From Dehalococcoidia bacterium (lineage in GTDB: Bacteria; Chloroflexota; Dehalococcoidia; Lucifugimonadales; UBA3495): a stretch of DNA of 64,000 nt. Below are positions 1-9,623 of the stretch, piece by piece; position 1 is the stretch's first letter; each line of letters opens with the position of its first letter. Below the pieces are notes generated by a model. It was not told the DNA's origin, made no database searches, and was given only the letters and a program-made list of their open reading frames with translations. A program made the translations under genes and the position numbers. The DNA lies in assembly GCA_030740155.1 (NCBI GenBank), contig JASLXV010000008.1, positions 42,474 to 106,473 on the forward strand. Reading direction: 5' to 3'.

Positions 1-193
1 GATTGAGCACCTCTTCCTGGGCCGCCAGAAGGAGCTTTCGCTTTTCCTCCTCGCCCTGGGAAACAATGCCTTTGGCCGTTTCATTGGCCTCCAGCGCCTG
101 GGTACCGTCTGCTTTGGCTCTACCGAATAGCCGGGTTACTACCTCTTTCCCTGCGGCCGCCAGTGCGGACAGGAAAACGATGATAATTCTCAC
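1..193 (-). CDS. rny: Ribonuclease Y, N-terminal part (runs off window)
   Basis: Manual translation from GTG at 193: MRIIIVFLSALAAAGKEVVTRLFG...ANETAKGIVSQGEEEKRKLLLAAQEEVLN. Hydrophobic anchor then an RNase Y-like coiled coil; purine-rich RBS upstream. Not in ORF track. Confidence 0.6.
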   Translation of the reverse strand, partial: MRIIIVFLSALAAAGKEVVTRLFGRAKADGTQALEANETAKGIVSQGEEEKRKLLLAAQEEVLN

Positions 194-253
194 GGTATCA
201 CCCGTTCCTTCCCGCTAGTTGGCCTAGTCAGGAGTCCTCAAATTTGTGCTAAT

Positions 254-282
254 ATCGTAGCGATAAGCGTTAACCCTGTCAA
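254..282 (-). promoter_or_regulatory. Sigma70-type promoter for rny
   Basis: TTGACA-N17-TACGAT on minus strand. Confidence 0.55.
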
Positions 283-456
283 GGAGAGCTGGCTTCCAGA
301 CCCCGTTACATCGGGTATTCAGTACCTTCACAGCTGATCGCTTTATGCCCTGCTGGAGTCATCTATCGGCCCGCGTGGGGCTGGACCGGCACCGTTTCAA
401 CCGCCCCGGATTTCTCATTTCGTCGAGATCACGGGGAGATAGTGACTGTTCTTCTC

Positions 457-491
457 TTGAGCCTCCCATTCCGCTGCACTATAATGGGAGG
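457..491 (+). promoter_or_regulatory. Sigma70-type promoter for dnaJ overlapped by a 9-bp inverted repeat
   Basis: TTGAGC(457-462)-N17-TATAAT(480-485); CCTCCCATT(462-470)-N12-AATGGGAGG(483-491). Confidence 0.6.
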
Positions 492-548
492 GATACTATC
501 GACTGGTGCGGCGCACTTCGCTTCACCAACCGCCGCAGGTGATATTAC

Positions 549-1715
549 ATGGCCAACCTGGACTATTACGAAGTCCTGGGAGTACCTAAAAGCGGTTCCG
601 AGGAGGATATCCGTAAGGCCTTTCGCAAAAAGGCGATGGAGTTTCACCCGGACCGTAACAAGAGTCCCGACGCCGAAGACAAGTTCAAAGAGATCAACGA
701 GGCCTACCAGGTCCTGTCCAACGGGAACAAACGGGCTCAATACGACCGCTTCGGCCACGCCGGAGCGGGCTCGAACGGTGGCTTCGACCGCCCGTTCGAA
801 GGGTTCGACGTATTCGGCGGATTCGGGGATATTTTCGATTCCTTTTTCGGGGATATCTCAGGTCGCCGGAACCGCGAGGCCCAGCGGGGCGGCGACCTGC
901 AGCACCGCGTAGTCCTCTCCTTCGAGGAGGCGGTCTTCGGCGCCGAACACCAAGTTGAGGTCAACCGCCTGGAACGGTGCCAGCGCTGCTCGGGCGCCGG
1001 GAACGAGCCGGGCACCCCTCTCAACAATTGCCAGACCTGCCGGGGCGCCGGCCAGGTGCGCCGGGCCCAGCGAAGCATCTTTGGCCAGTTCACCCAGGTC
1101 AGCGTGTGCCCCACCTGCCAGGGCCGGGGCCAGGTTGTTCAAACCATGTGCAACGACTGCCAGGGCGGCGGCCTGGAACGGCGTAAGCGCAAGATAGCCG
1201 TTAGAATACCTGCCGGCGTTGAGCTCGGAATGCAGGTGCGCTTGAGCGGCGAGGGGGATGTCGGGGACGAAGGCGGGACGGCTGGAAACCTGTATGTTCA
1301 CGTGGACGTGCGGGAACACGAGTTCTTCCACCGGGATGGTAATGACCTGGTGTACCGCCTGATCATAAATGTGAGCGAAGCCGCTTTGGGAGTGGAGAAA
1401 CTGATACCGGTCCTTGAGAAAGACGGCGGCGGACAGGCTATCAGGATACCCCACGGAACCCAGCCCGGAGCCGAATTCAGGCTTCGCGGGAAGGGCGTTC
1501 CCCATATCAACAGCTCCCGGCGCGGCGACCTGAAGGTGTTGGTTGACATACAGGTCCCCCGAACCCTCACTTCACGCCAGCGCAAGCTCCTCGAGGCGTT
1601 GGCTAGCTCGATGGACTCCGATGGGGAGCCAGACGAGGCATTAGACGTGGAATTGGAAATGGACGGGGACAAAGACAAGGGGCTGATAAACCGGATCAAA
1701 GAGGCTTTGGGCTAA
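549..1715 (+). CDS. dnaJ: Chaperone DnaJ
   Basis: J domain with HPD, G/F-rich region, four CxxCxGxG repeats, C-terminal domain. Confidence 0.97.
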   Translation: MANLDYYEVLGVPKSGSEEDIRKAFRKKAMEFHPDRNKSPDAEDKFKEINEAYQVLSNGNKRAQYDRFGHAGAGSNGGFDRPFEGFDVFGGFGDIFDSFFGDISGRRNREAQRGGDLQHRVVLSFEEAVFGAEHQVEVNRLERCQRCSGAGNEPGTPLNNCQTCRGAGQVRRAQRSIFGQFTQVSVCPTCQGRGQVVQTMCNDCQGGGLERRKRKIAVRIPAGVELGMQVRLSGEGDVGDEGGTAGNLYVHVDVREHEFFHRDGNDLVYRLIINVSEAALGVEKLIPVLEKDGGGQAIRIPHGTQPGAEFRLRGKGVPHINSSRRGDLKVLVDIQVPRTLTSRQRKLLEALASSMDSDGEPDEALDVELEMDGDKDKGLINRIKEALG

Positions 1716-1818
1716 GCACCGCCGGGGCCTCGTCGCATCTTCGGGCGGCGAGACGTGGCGGAGTGGGCGAGCCCAAGCTGCGTGGCTTCAACTTGGTCCG
1801 CGGCCTGCGGTTTTCAAC

Positions 1819-1848
1819 GCCCGGGTAGTTTTGGCTCCCGGGCTTTTT
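1819..1848 (+). terminator. Intrinsic terminator-like hairpin between dnaJ and prmA
   Basis: GCCCGGG...CCCGGGC followed by TTTTT. Confidence 0.5.
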
Positions 1849-1887
1849 GCGTTAGCCGGTTAATTGCGCTCTTGACTAGGAGGAGAA

Positions 1888-2760
1888 GTGGCTTGGCGGG
1901 AGCTTAGCATCGGCGTACCCCATGAGTACGTGGAGCCCATTTCGTACCTGTTTAGCCGGTATGGCCGCGGCCTGAGTATGGAGGCGGACGGACCCGACCG
2001 CATCTTGCTGCGTACCTTCGTGCCGGCCACCTCCAAGCAGCGCCTGGCCCGCATCGAGGTTGGCGTCAAACTGGTCTCAATCTTGGAACCCCTGGGAGAA
2101 CTGAGAATCCGAGAACTGGACGACAAGGAAGACTGGCAAGAGTCCTGGAAATCCCACTTCGATTTGCTGAGAGTGGGCAGGCGCCTGGTGATAAAGCCGA
2201 CCTGGATCGAGCACGCACCTCAAGCCGGCGACATCGTCATCGAGATCAACCCGGGTATGGCCTTCGGAACTGGGTACCACCCGACGACGTACACTTGTTT
2301 GGAGGCGATGGATCACTTCGTGCAGCCCGGAATGTCGGTCTTGGACGTGGGAACCGGCTCCGGAATACTGGCGATAACCGCCGTCAAACTGGGGGCGAAC
2401 CGCGTCGTCGCCATGGACATAGACCCGGAGGCGATACGGGCCGCCCGGCAGAATTTCCGCCGCACCCGCACCGCGAAAAAGGTGGGCTTGGCCCAGGGCA
2501 CCGTGCCCCATCCGTTGGCCGGCCCGGAGCAGTTCGACCTGGCGGTGGCCAACATCTCGGCCCGGGCCGTCTGCGACCGCGGGCCATCCATCCTGTCTAC
2601 CTTGCGGCCCGAGGGAATCCTGATCGCCTCAGGCTTGTTGAAGACCCAACGGCATGAAGTGCTGAGGGTCCTGGAACCGCTGGGCTGCACTCTCATCCGG
2701 CAGTGGTCTCAAGAGGACTGGGCATCTCTGGCGTTCCGGCGCGGTTCCGGCCAGCCGTAG
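1888..2760 (+). CDS. prmA: Ribosomal protein L11 methyltransferase
   Basis: EDWQESWK, INPGMAFGTGYHPTT, VLDVGTGSGILAI, VANI; AGGAGG RBS; usual position after dnaJ. Confidence 0.95.
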   Translation: MAWRELSIGVPHEYVEPISYLFSRYGRGLSMEADGPDRILLRTFVPATSKQRLARIEVGVKLVSILEPLGELRIRELDDKEDWQESWKSHFDLLRVGRRLVIKPTWIEHAPQAGDIVIEINPGMAFGTGYHPTTYTCLEAMDHFVQPGMSVLDVGTGSGILAITAVKLGANRVVAMDIDPEAIRAARQNFRRTRTAKKVGLAQGTVPHPLAGPEQFDLAVANISARAVCDRGPSILSTLRPEGILIASGLLKTQRHEVLRVLEPLGCTLIRQWSQEDWASLAFRRGSGQP

Positions 2761-2828
2761 ATTGCCCACTCCCATGCTCTGGCTTCCCGGCTGAGCCGCG
2801 CCGGGTGTTATACTGGCGGCGTGCCTGG

Positions 2829-2880
2829 CCCGTAGGTTTGACCCGCAGGTTCAACCCGTGGATTAGACCCGATGGTTTTG
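2829..2880 (+). repeat. Four imperfect tandem 13-bp repeats in the kinase leader
   Basis: CCCGTAGGTTTGA / CCCGCAGGTTCAA / CCCGTGGATTAGA / CCCGATGGTTTTG, just downstream of extended -10 TGTTATACT (2806-2814). Confidence 0.6.
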
Positions 2881-2945
2881 GCGAAGTCCTGGATCCGTTC
2901 GAACGCCTGGACGGCCCAAGGCCACGGTGAGCGTGACTGTTGCTT

Positions 2946-3980
2946 ATGGAGCAGGTGGACCTGAACCGCTACGAACTGGGCGGAGCTTTGGGCTCCGGGG
3001 CCGACTACGAGGTGCGGGCGGCCGTCGACCGGAAAACCGGGCGGCAGGTGGTGCTGAAACGGCCCCAGCCTCAAATGGTCCGACGCCAGCTTCACGCCGG
3101 CATCGAAAAGCGCACCGAACGCTCTCTACGGGCCCACCGTGAAGTGGGCCATTCGATTCCCCTGGTGGTCCCGGTTCTCGGTTACACTGAGCGCACCCTC
3201 CACGACGAGTATTTTGGCGAATCCCTGGGGCAGGAATACCGGGTAACCGTGGAGGAACGAGCCCTGGGCATTCCCCTGGTTGGTGACCCCATGGCCCGCA
3301 TCACCGGGGTGCCTGTTGGGGTAGGGCAAAACCTCTTTGCCCTGTTCCCTCTGGCCGCGCTGGACCGCCAACCTTCCTTCCCGATTCAACGGCAGCTGCT
3401 GGACGTGGAAGAGGGGTTCTACCAGGCCGGATACATCCTGCTGGACCTCCGCCCCCAGAACATCTTTTACCAGCCGGAATCAAGGCGCATCACCGTCGTG
3501 GATTGCGGCGCCCTGATCGAGATTGGCGAAGAGCCCGCATCCCACGGGAACGTGCCTGGGAGTCTAGCCGCGGACATCCATGATTTCTACCTGGAAATGC
3601 TAAAGTTTTACACTACTTCGCAGCCTCCTCCCGCTGAAGCCAAGGGATACCGGGAGCCCCATGGGCTTCGTCCCGTGGTACGCTTTGAGGAGGAGTTGGA
3701 CCAGATGTCTCGTGATTTCGGCGCCACGCCCGGTCCGCTCCGTGACGCGGCCCTCCCGATGATCGAGAAGGTCCGCGGCCGGTCTTACGCGGATTTCGCC
3801 GGCTTCCGCCGCGACCTGACCACCTACTTGGAGATCCTCGAGGAGCGGTACCGCGGGCTCCCGAACCTGGAGCAAGCTCGCCAAGTTTGGGCCGAGGCCC
3901 TGGGCTGGCTCCGGGGCGAGTATTGGCGGCGCTACTTATTTCAACCGGAAACCGAGCTTTCGGCCTTCACCGTTACTTAG
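2946..3980 (+). CDS. Atypical Ser/Thr protein kinase-like protein
   Basis: YELGGALGSGADYEV glycine loop, VVLKR lysine, LLDLRPQNIF catalytic loop, DCG in place of DFG. Confidence 0.75.
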   Translation: MEQVDLNRYELGGALGSGADYEVRAAVDRKTGRQVVLKRPQPQMVRRQLHAGIEKRTERSLRAHREVGHSIPLVVPVLGYTERTLHDEYFGESLGQEYRVTVEERALGIPLVGDPMARITGVPVGVGQNLFALFPLAALDRQPSFPIQRQLLDVEEGFYQAGYILLDLRPQNIFYQPESRRITVVDCGALIEIGEEPASHGNVPGSLAADIHDFYLEMLKFYTTSQPPPAEAKGYREPHGLRPVVRFEEELDQMSRDFGATPGPLRDAALPMIEKVRGRSYADFAGFRRDLTTYLEILEERYRGLPNLEQARQVWAEALGWLRGEYWRRYLFQPETELSAFTVT

Positions 3981-4075
3981 GAAACCCGCGACCAGACTCC
4001 GGGGCGCCGGACCCGGCAACCTGCTGAATTTAGGGGGCGGCCCGAGATCCCCTGGACTCCCGAGGGACGAGGTAT

Positions 4076-4771
4076 ATGCTAGCCAGTGAGGTGGCAACCC
4101 TCCAGGACAACTCGATCCATGGAGATGACAGCTTCTTGACCCGGGACCTGGGCGGAAGGGCCTTCCTGGACGTGGTCATGGACGGGGTTACCGGCTGCGG
4201 CGGGGAGGAGGCCAGCCGCTCGGTAAGGGATGCATTGGCCGGGGTATCCGTCAACTCCCCGGATGACATCTTGGAGGTGCTGGAACGCGTCAACGAGGAG
4301 TTCTTCCAGGTGGGGGGAGGGCGTTATCTGTTGACCACCATCTCCGCCGCTCTGTACCGGAATGGCCGGCTAGACGTCATCAGCGCCGGCGACAGCCCGG
4401 TCTTTCTCTTTAATCCCGGCTCTATTCAGCAGCTCAGCGGGCGCGTTGGCGGTCTTCTCCGGGCTAGCGCCGCCAAGCCCATTGGGTCCGGCCCGCACCT
4501 GGCGAGCCTAGCCAGGGTGGAGGCTCAGGTGGAGCCCGGCGCCCGCTTGGTACTGGCGACCGACGGGCTGAGCGACAATATCCAGCGCGAGGAACTGGGG
4601 GACCTGGTCCGGCGGGCAACGTCTCCTCTGGAAGCCGCCGGGAACATTGAACAGACGATCGCAGCCCTCCTCCGGGAGGGCCGGGTGCCGGCCCAGTTGG
4701 GCGGGCGGTTTCGCCACGACGACCGGACGGCGATCATCCGGTTCTTTGGCGCAGGCGGGCCGGTGATCTAA
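4076..4771 (+). CDS. PP2C-family protein phosphatase
   Basis: MDGVTG, AGDS, LATDGLSD and HDDRT motifs. Confidence 0.85.
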   Translation: MLASEVATLQDNSIHGDDSFLTRDLGGRAFLDVVMDGVTGCGGEEASRSVRDALAGVSVNSPDDILEVLERVNEEFFQVGGGRYLLTTISAALYRNGRLDVISAGDSPVFLFNPGSIQQLSGRVGGLLRASAAKPIGSGPHLASLARVEAQVEPGARLVLATDGLSDNIQREELGDLVRRATSPLEAAGNIEQTIAALLREGRVPAQLGGRFRHDDRTAIIRFFGAGGPVI

Positions 4772-4922
4772 GACATCCCTCCGATTCTCGACATCTCTAG
4801 GGCCGGACCGGAGGACGGCTCAGGGTCAAACCAGCCTCCGGGGGAGAGGCCCCACCGAATCGAAGCTGCCATTAATGTGCCGTCTCCGTCGGTGCATTGA
4901 CTGCAATTCGAAGCGCCGCCCC

Positions 4923-4951
4923 TTGTGACATATTTCGAAACTTGCTACAAT
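4923..4951 (+). promoter_or_regulatory. Promoter for the inositol-lipid operon
   Basis: TTGTGA-N17-TACAAT with extended -10 TG. Confidence 0.5.
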
Positions 4952-5011
4952 TCAGCCGTCTGGCCCTCGCGAGCCAGTGGCTGGCGGAACACCCGAAAAG
5001 GAGCAATTTCT

Positions 5012-6085
5012 GTGAGGAAAATAAAAGTCGCAATTATCGGAGTCGGTAATTGCGCGTCCTCATTGGTCCAAGGCATTCACAAGTACGTCGAATTACCGGA
5101 GGAAGGCGAAGTTTCCGGGGTGATGCACCCGAGAATCGGCGACTACCGGATTGAGGACATCGAGGTGGTGGCCGCTTTCGATGTCGACGAGACCAAAGTG
5201 GGTAAGGATCTGTCGGAGGCCATATTCGCCGGCCCCAACAACACCCTGAAGTTCGCGGAGGTCCCCCACATGGGGGTAACCGTCGAACGGGGCATGACTC
5301 ATGATAGCATCGGCAAGTACGTGAAGCACCTGGTGAAGAAGTCTTCGCATCCCACGGCCAACATCGTAAGCATTCTCGAAGACCGGGAAGTTGACGTGGT
5401 GATCAACTACCTGCCAGTTGGCAGCGAGGACGCTACCAAGTGGTACGTGGAGCAGATACTCAACGCCAGATGCGGCATGGTCAACTGCGTCCCGGTCTTC
5501 ATCGCCAGAGAAGATTACTGGCAGGGCCGCTTTCAGGAGCGAGGGTTGCCGATCATCGGTGATGACATCAAGTCCCAGGTGGGCGCGACCATCCTTCACC
5601 GGGTCCTCACGCGCCTGTTCGAAGACCGTGGGGCGGAGATCGAGAACACCTACCAGTTGAACTTCGGCGGTAACACCGATTTCCTGAATATGCTGGAACG
5701 GGAACGGCTGATCTCCAAGAAGATCTCCAAGACCGGAGCGGTCACCTCCCAGATGGACGACGAAATCGACCCGGACAACATTCATATCGGTCCCAGCGAC
5801 CACGTACCCTGGCTCAAGGATCGCAAGTGGTGTTACGTTCGCCTGGAGGGCAAGGTGTTTGGCGGCGCCCCGATCAGCTTAGAAGCTAAACTAGAGGTGT
5901 GGGACAGCCCGAACTCCGCGGGGGTGGTGGTGGATGCTATTCGGTGCGCCAAGCTGGCGTTGGACCGGGGCCTGGGAGGGGCGGTGGCGGGCCCCAGCGC
6001 GTATTTCATGAAGTCCCCACCGACACAATATACCGATGACGTTGCCAGGGATATGGTAGAGGCCTTTATTGCCGGTGAGGGCTAG
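5012..6085 (+). CDS. ino1: myo-inositol-1-phosphate synthase
   Basis: [49 protein letters not shown] start after AAAGGAG. Confidence 0.95.
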   Translation: MRKIKVAIIGVGNCASSLVQGIHKYVELPEEGEVSGVMHPRIGDYRIEDIEVVAAFDVDETKVGKDLSEAIFAGPNNTLKFAEVPHMGVTVERGMTHDSIGKYVKHLVKKSSHPTANIVSILEDREVDVVINYLPVGSEDATKWYVEQILNARCGMVNCVPVFIAREDYWQGRFQERGLPIIGDDIKSQVGATILHRVLTRLFEDRGAEIENTYQLNFGGNTDFLNMLERERLISKKISKTGAVTSQMDDEIDPDNIHIGPSDHVPWLKDRKWCYVRLEGKVFGGAPISLEAKLEVWDSPNSAGVVVDAIRCAKLALDRGLGGAVAGPSAYFMKSPPTQYTDDVARDMVEAFIAGEG

Positions 6086-6132
6086 CCCGGCCAAAGGAAA
6101 CTGTTTCCGGCGCTCGGGCTCGGAGAGACTGC

Positions 6133-7275
6133 TTGAAGATCGCAATGGTGTCGCCCTACGACTTCACCTGGCCCGGGGGCGTGGCTGCTCATGTGGCCCA
6201 GCTGGCTCGTGAGCTTGGCCGGTCCGGGCACGAGGTACAGGTGCTGGCGCCCCATTCGCCCAGCCGGCAGCAACTCGATGCCGACCAGTTCGTCCCCTTG
6301 GGCCGGTCGGTCCCGCTGCCCAGCGGCGGCTCCATCGCCCGGGTCTCCCTCTCCTGGTGGTTGTATCCAAAGGTGCGGGCCCTGCTCCAACAGGAAGACT
6401 TCGACATTATCCACCTGCACGAGCCCATGGCCCCGATCCTTCCCCTTTGCGTGCTGGAGTTTTCCAACGCCGTGAACGTGGGCACTTTCCACGCATCGTA
6501 CAGCCATCAACACCTCTACCGGCTGACCCACCCGATCATCAAGCGGTGGTACCAACGTCTCGATGGGGGTATCGCGGTATCACCGGCAGCCTGCCGCTAC
6601 GTGAACAACTCCTTCCCCGCCGACTACCGGATAATACCCAACGGCATCGACGTGGACCACTTTACCCGCAACTCAACTCCCTGGCCGGAATACCAGGACG
6701 GGAAGACGAATATCCTGTTCGTGGGCCGGCTGGAGAAGCGGAAGGGACTCAAGTATCTCCTGGAAGCCTACAGCCGGTTGAAATGGGATCTCCCCAACAT
6801 CCGCCTCCTGGTGGTTGGGCCGGGCAACCCGGACCGGGACTCCTACCGAATCATCGGCGCCCGCGGGCTGCAGGACGTGGTGTTCGCCGGCCGGGTGTCC
6901 TCTGAAGACCTGGCCCGCTACTACGCCACCGCCCACATTTACTGCTCTCCGGCCACCGGCGCGGAAAGCTTCGGCATCGTCTTGCTTGAAGCCATGGCGG
7001 CAGGCAAACCGGTGGTGGCCTCCGATATCGAAGGCTACCGCGACATCGTGACCCACGGACAACAAGGCCTCCTGTTCGCGCCCAAAGATTCCGAAGACTT
7101 GGCCAGTGCCCTCGCCTTGCTGGTGGCAAACCCGGAGTTGGCGCAGCGCATGGGAGCCAGGGGCCATCGGATGGTGCAAAAATACCGGTGGGACGTGGTG
7201 GCCTCTCAAGTTGAGGACTACTACGATTACTGTCTGAAAGCAGCCAATGGCCGTGCCCGGAAGAGAGCAGTTTAG
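6133..7275 (+). CDS. GT4 glycosyltransferase, phosphatidyl-myo-inositol mannosyltransferase (PimA)-like
   Basis: MKIAMVSPYDF..PGGV, HLHEP, RKG, ESFGIVLLEAMAAG; lies between ino1 and a CDP-alcohol phosphotransferase. Confidence 0.85.
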   Translation: MKIAMVSPYDFTWPGGVAAHVAQLARELGRSGHEVQVLAPHSPSRQQLDADQFVPLGRSVPLPSGGSIARVSLSWWLYPKVRALLQQEDFDIIHLHEPMAPILPLCVLEFSNAVNVGTFHASYSHQHLYRLTHPIIKRWYQRLDGGIAVSPAACRYVNNSFPADYRIIPNGIDVDHFTRNSTPWPEYQDGKTNILFVGRLEKRKGLKYLLEAYSRLKWDLPNIRLLVVGPGNPDRDSYRIIGARGLQDVVFAGRVSSEDLARYYATAHIYCSPATGAESFGIVLLEAMAAGKPVVASDIEGYRDIVTHGQQGLLFAPKDSEDLASALALLVANPELAQRMGARGHRMVQKYRWDVVASQVEDYYDYCLKAANGRARKRAV

Positions 7276-7858
7276 GGCGGCGGTCGCTCGCTACTTCGAG
7301 TTGCCGGGCGCCCGGTTCTTTCGTGCGTTACGGCTTACCCCCAATGCGGTCAGCCTTCTAGGGTTTGGCTTGGCTGTGGCGGCCGCCGGCCTGGTTGGCT
7401 TTGGCTGGCTCTTCGCCGGAGGCATCGTGTTCTTGTCGGGCGGATTGCTGGACGCTCTGGACGGCGCTCTGGCCCGATTAACCGGAAAGGCCAGTCCTTT
7501 CGGGGCCCTCCTGGACTCGGTGCTTGACCGGCTGAGTGAGGCGGCCCTCTTCGTGGGACTGGCAGTCTACGCCCTTGACGCCGATTTCAGCGACGATCGC
7601 CGGTTGTTCTTCATCGTCGTCCTTCTGCTGGCATTGATATTCTCTCAGGCGGTCAGCTACCTGCGGGCCCGAGGCGAAGGACTGGGGGTTTTCATCCGTT
7701 CCGGCCTGATGACCCGCGCCGAGCGGGTGGTGCTTCTGGGAGTTGGCCTGCTCGTCGGCCAGATAGTGTGGGTCTTGCTGTTCATCGCCGTGGCCTCCGG
7801 TTTCACCCTGCTACAGCGGCTGTTCACCCTGCGCGGCAAGCTTGACGATAGTGGATAA
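7247..7858 (+). CDS. CDP-alcohol phosphatidyltransferase (phosphatidylinositol-phosphate synthase-like)
   Basis: TPNAVS, DALDGALAR..G...DSVLDRLSE signature, SYLRARGEGLG, RAER. Confidence 0.9.
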   Translation: MAVPGREQFRAAVARYFELPGARFFRALRLTPNAVSLLGFGLAVAAAGLVGFGWLFAGGIVFLSGGLLDALDGALARLTGKASPFGALLDSVLDRLSEAALFVGLAVYALDADFSDDRRLFFIVVLLLALIFSQAVSYLRARGEGLGVFIRSGLMTRAERVVLLGVGLLVGQIVWVLLFIAVASGFTLLQRLFTLRGKLDDSG

Positions 7859-8064
7859 CCGGGGAGTTCCCGTGTAAACTGTTAGTCCGGCTGGGGCCGG
7901 GTTCGTCGCCGGTTATCGTGGACCGGGCAAGATGTCGAATTCCTCAGGAGCCCGCTTCATGACGGCGCAACCTCTAATTGGAAACCGGGACAGATCAGAG
8001 GGGAAACGGTCCTGGCGCCAAGACTCGAAGGGCCACGTCAACCTTTGGATCAGGAGTAGCTAGC

Positions 8065-8538
8065 TTGCCCAATGAATTGAAAGGAAACTTGAACGGTGAA
8101 GGACTTCGGGTGGCAGTGGTTGCGGCCAGATTCAACGAGGTGGTGACTCGCCTGTTGCTGACCGGGACGATAGAAACCTTGGCCCGGCATGGCGTTCGCG
8201 ACGGAGACATCAGTGTTGCTTGGGTGCCAGGGTCCTTCGAGCTGGCGATGGTAGCCAAGACGTTCGCCCAGACGGGGCGGTACGACGCGGTCATCTGCCT
8301 GGGAGCGGTCATCCGCGGCGAGACCGGTCACTATGACATGGTGGCTGGGCAGGCCTCCGGTGGCACTGGGGCCGTGGGGCTGGAAACCGGGGTCCCGACC
8401 ATCTTCGGGGTGCTGACCACCGAAAACATGGAGCAGGCGCTGAACCGGGCCGGAGGGAAATCGGGCAATACAGGCAGCACCGCTGCCGTGTCGGCCATCG
8501 AGACCGCCCGGCTGGTCCAGGCCATCAAAACCGGGTAG
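8065..8538 (+). CDS. ribH: 6,7-dimethyl-8-ribityllumazine synthase
   Basis: ARFN, WVPGSFEL, CLGAVIRGETGHYD, FGVLTT; TTG start after CAGGAG. Confidence 0.95.
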   Translation: MPNELKGNLNGEGLRVAVVAARFNEVVTRLLLTGTIETLARHGVRDGDISVAWVPGSFELAMVAKTFAQTGRYDAVICLGAVIRGETGHYDMVAGQASGGTGAVGLETGVPTIFGVLTTENMEQALNRAGGKSGNTGSTAAVSAIETARLVQAIKTG

Positions 8539-8540
8539 AG

Positions 8541-8600
8541 CAGTCAGCAATCAGGTCAACCGCCGATACCTCATGGACGACGGCTGACGCCTGATAGCCA
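8541..8600. repeat. Inverted short-repeat element (TCAG arms / CTGA arms)
   Basis: CAGTCAGCAATCAGG ... GGCTGACGCCTGATAGC just after the ribH stop. Confidence 0.4.
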
Positions 8601-8616
8601 ACCTCCGGAGGCCGCC

Positions 8617-9519
8617 ATGAAATTCGGTGTGAGCGTTCCGAACAACTGGGGGGTCGAAGATCCTCATCAGGTGCTGGCCCTGGGCCCCATGGTCGAGGGG
8701 TTGGGATTCGATTCCCTGTGGGTGATGGATCACCTGTTCAATAACGGGTATATCGGGCGCCGCCTGGCGGACAAACCCTACTACCATCCACTCTGCACCC
8801 TCTCCTACCTGGCGGCAACCACCAAGAAGGTACTCCTGGGCACATCGGTCCTGGTGCTGCCCTACCATAATCCGATCGAGTTGGCCAAGTACGCGGCCAC
8901 TTTGGACCAGATCTCCGGCGGCAGGGTAACCTTGGGTGTCGGCGTAGGCGCCATGGTCGAGGAGTTTGAAGCCTTGGGCATCCCGCTGCGCCAGAGGGGC
9001 TCGCTCACCGACGAAAGCATCGCTATAATGAAGGAGCTGTGGACCAGCCCCCGCCCCAGCTATCACAGCCGCCGCTGGAACTTCTCCGACCTGTACTTCT
9101 CCCCGAAACCCGTTCAAAAACCCCACATACCCCTGTGGATCGGGGGCTCCAGCCCGGGGGCCCTCCGCCGGGCGGCAAGCGCGGGCGATGGCTGGCACCC
9201 CAGCGGAATCACCCCGGAGGCATTCAGCTTGGGCCGGCGTGAGGTCCTGGATCTGGCGGCGGCGGCCGGGCGGGACCCGGGCTCGATAACCATGTCCGTC
9301 CGGTTTGAGGTGGAGGTCCACGACGGGCCTTCCAGCGAGCGGGCCGTGGACCGCGCCCGGGTTTCGGGGGGCGATCCCGGCGCGATAATCGGCGCGATCG
9401 AGGCCTACCAGGCCGCCGGCGTGGAGCACGTGATCCTGGCCCACAACTCGGGCGACATTCCGGCGATAACCACCCTGGTGGAACGTATCGCCCGTCACGT
9501 GATCCCCCACTTTCGGTAA
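8617..9519 (+). CDS. LLM-class, probably F420-dependent, oxidoreductase
   Basis: GFDSLWVMDH, LGTSVLVLP.HNP, LDQISGGR, PKPVQKPHIPLWIGG, GDGWHP. Confidence 0.9.
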   Translation: MKFGVSVPNNWGVEDPHQVLALGPMVEGLGFDSLWVMDHLFNNGYIGRRLADKPYYHPLCTLSYLAATTKKVLLGTSVLVLPYHNPIELAKYAATLDQISGGRVTLGVGVGAMVEEFEALGIPLRQRGSLTDESIAIMKELWTSPRPSYHSRRWNFSDLYFSPKPVQKPHIPLWIGGSSPGALRRAASAGDGWHPSGITPEAFSLGRREVLDLAAAAGRDPGSITMSVRFEVEVHDGPSSERAVDRARVSGGDPGAIIGAIEAYQAAGVEHVILAHNSGDIPAITTLVERIARHVIPHFR

Positions 9520-9623
9520 GGCGGCTGCCTTGGATCTCGCCATCCCTGCCGGAGCCGGAGAGGACTTCAGCGGCCTTCAAGAGCACTGGTGAAATAACGC
9601 CGGCCAGAACCACGGGCCTATCC

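Noticed and set aside
226..252. CIRCE element upstream of dnaJ (GTGCTAA at 246-252)
   Set aside because: Only a partial right half-site; the left arm does not match TTAGCACTC.
7860..8064. FMN riboswitch upstream of ribH (AGTCCGGCTGGG resembles its 3' end)
   Set aside because: The conserved 5' elements such as GGGCAGGGTGAAATTCCC are absent.
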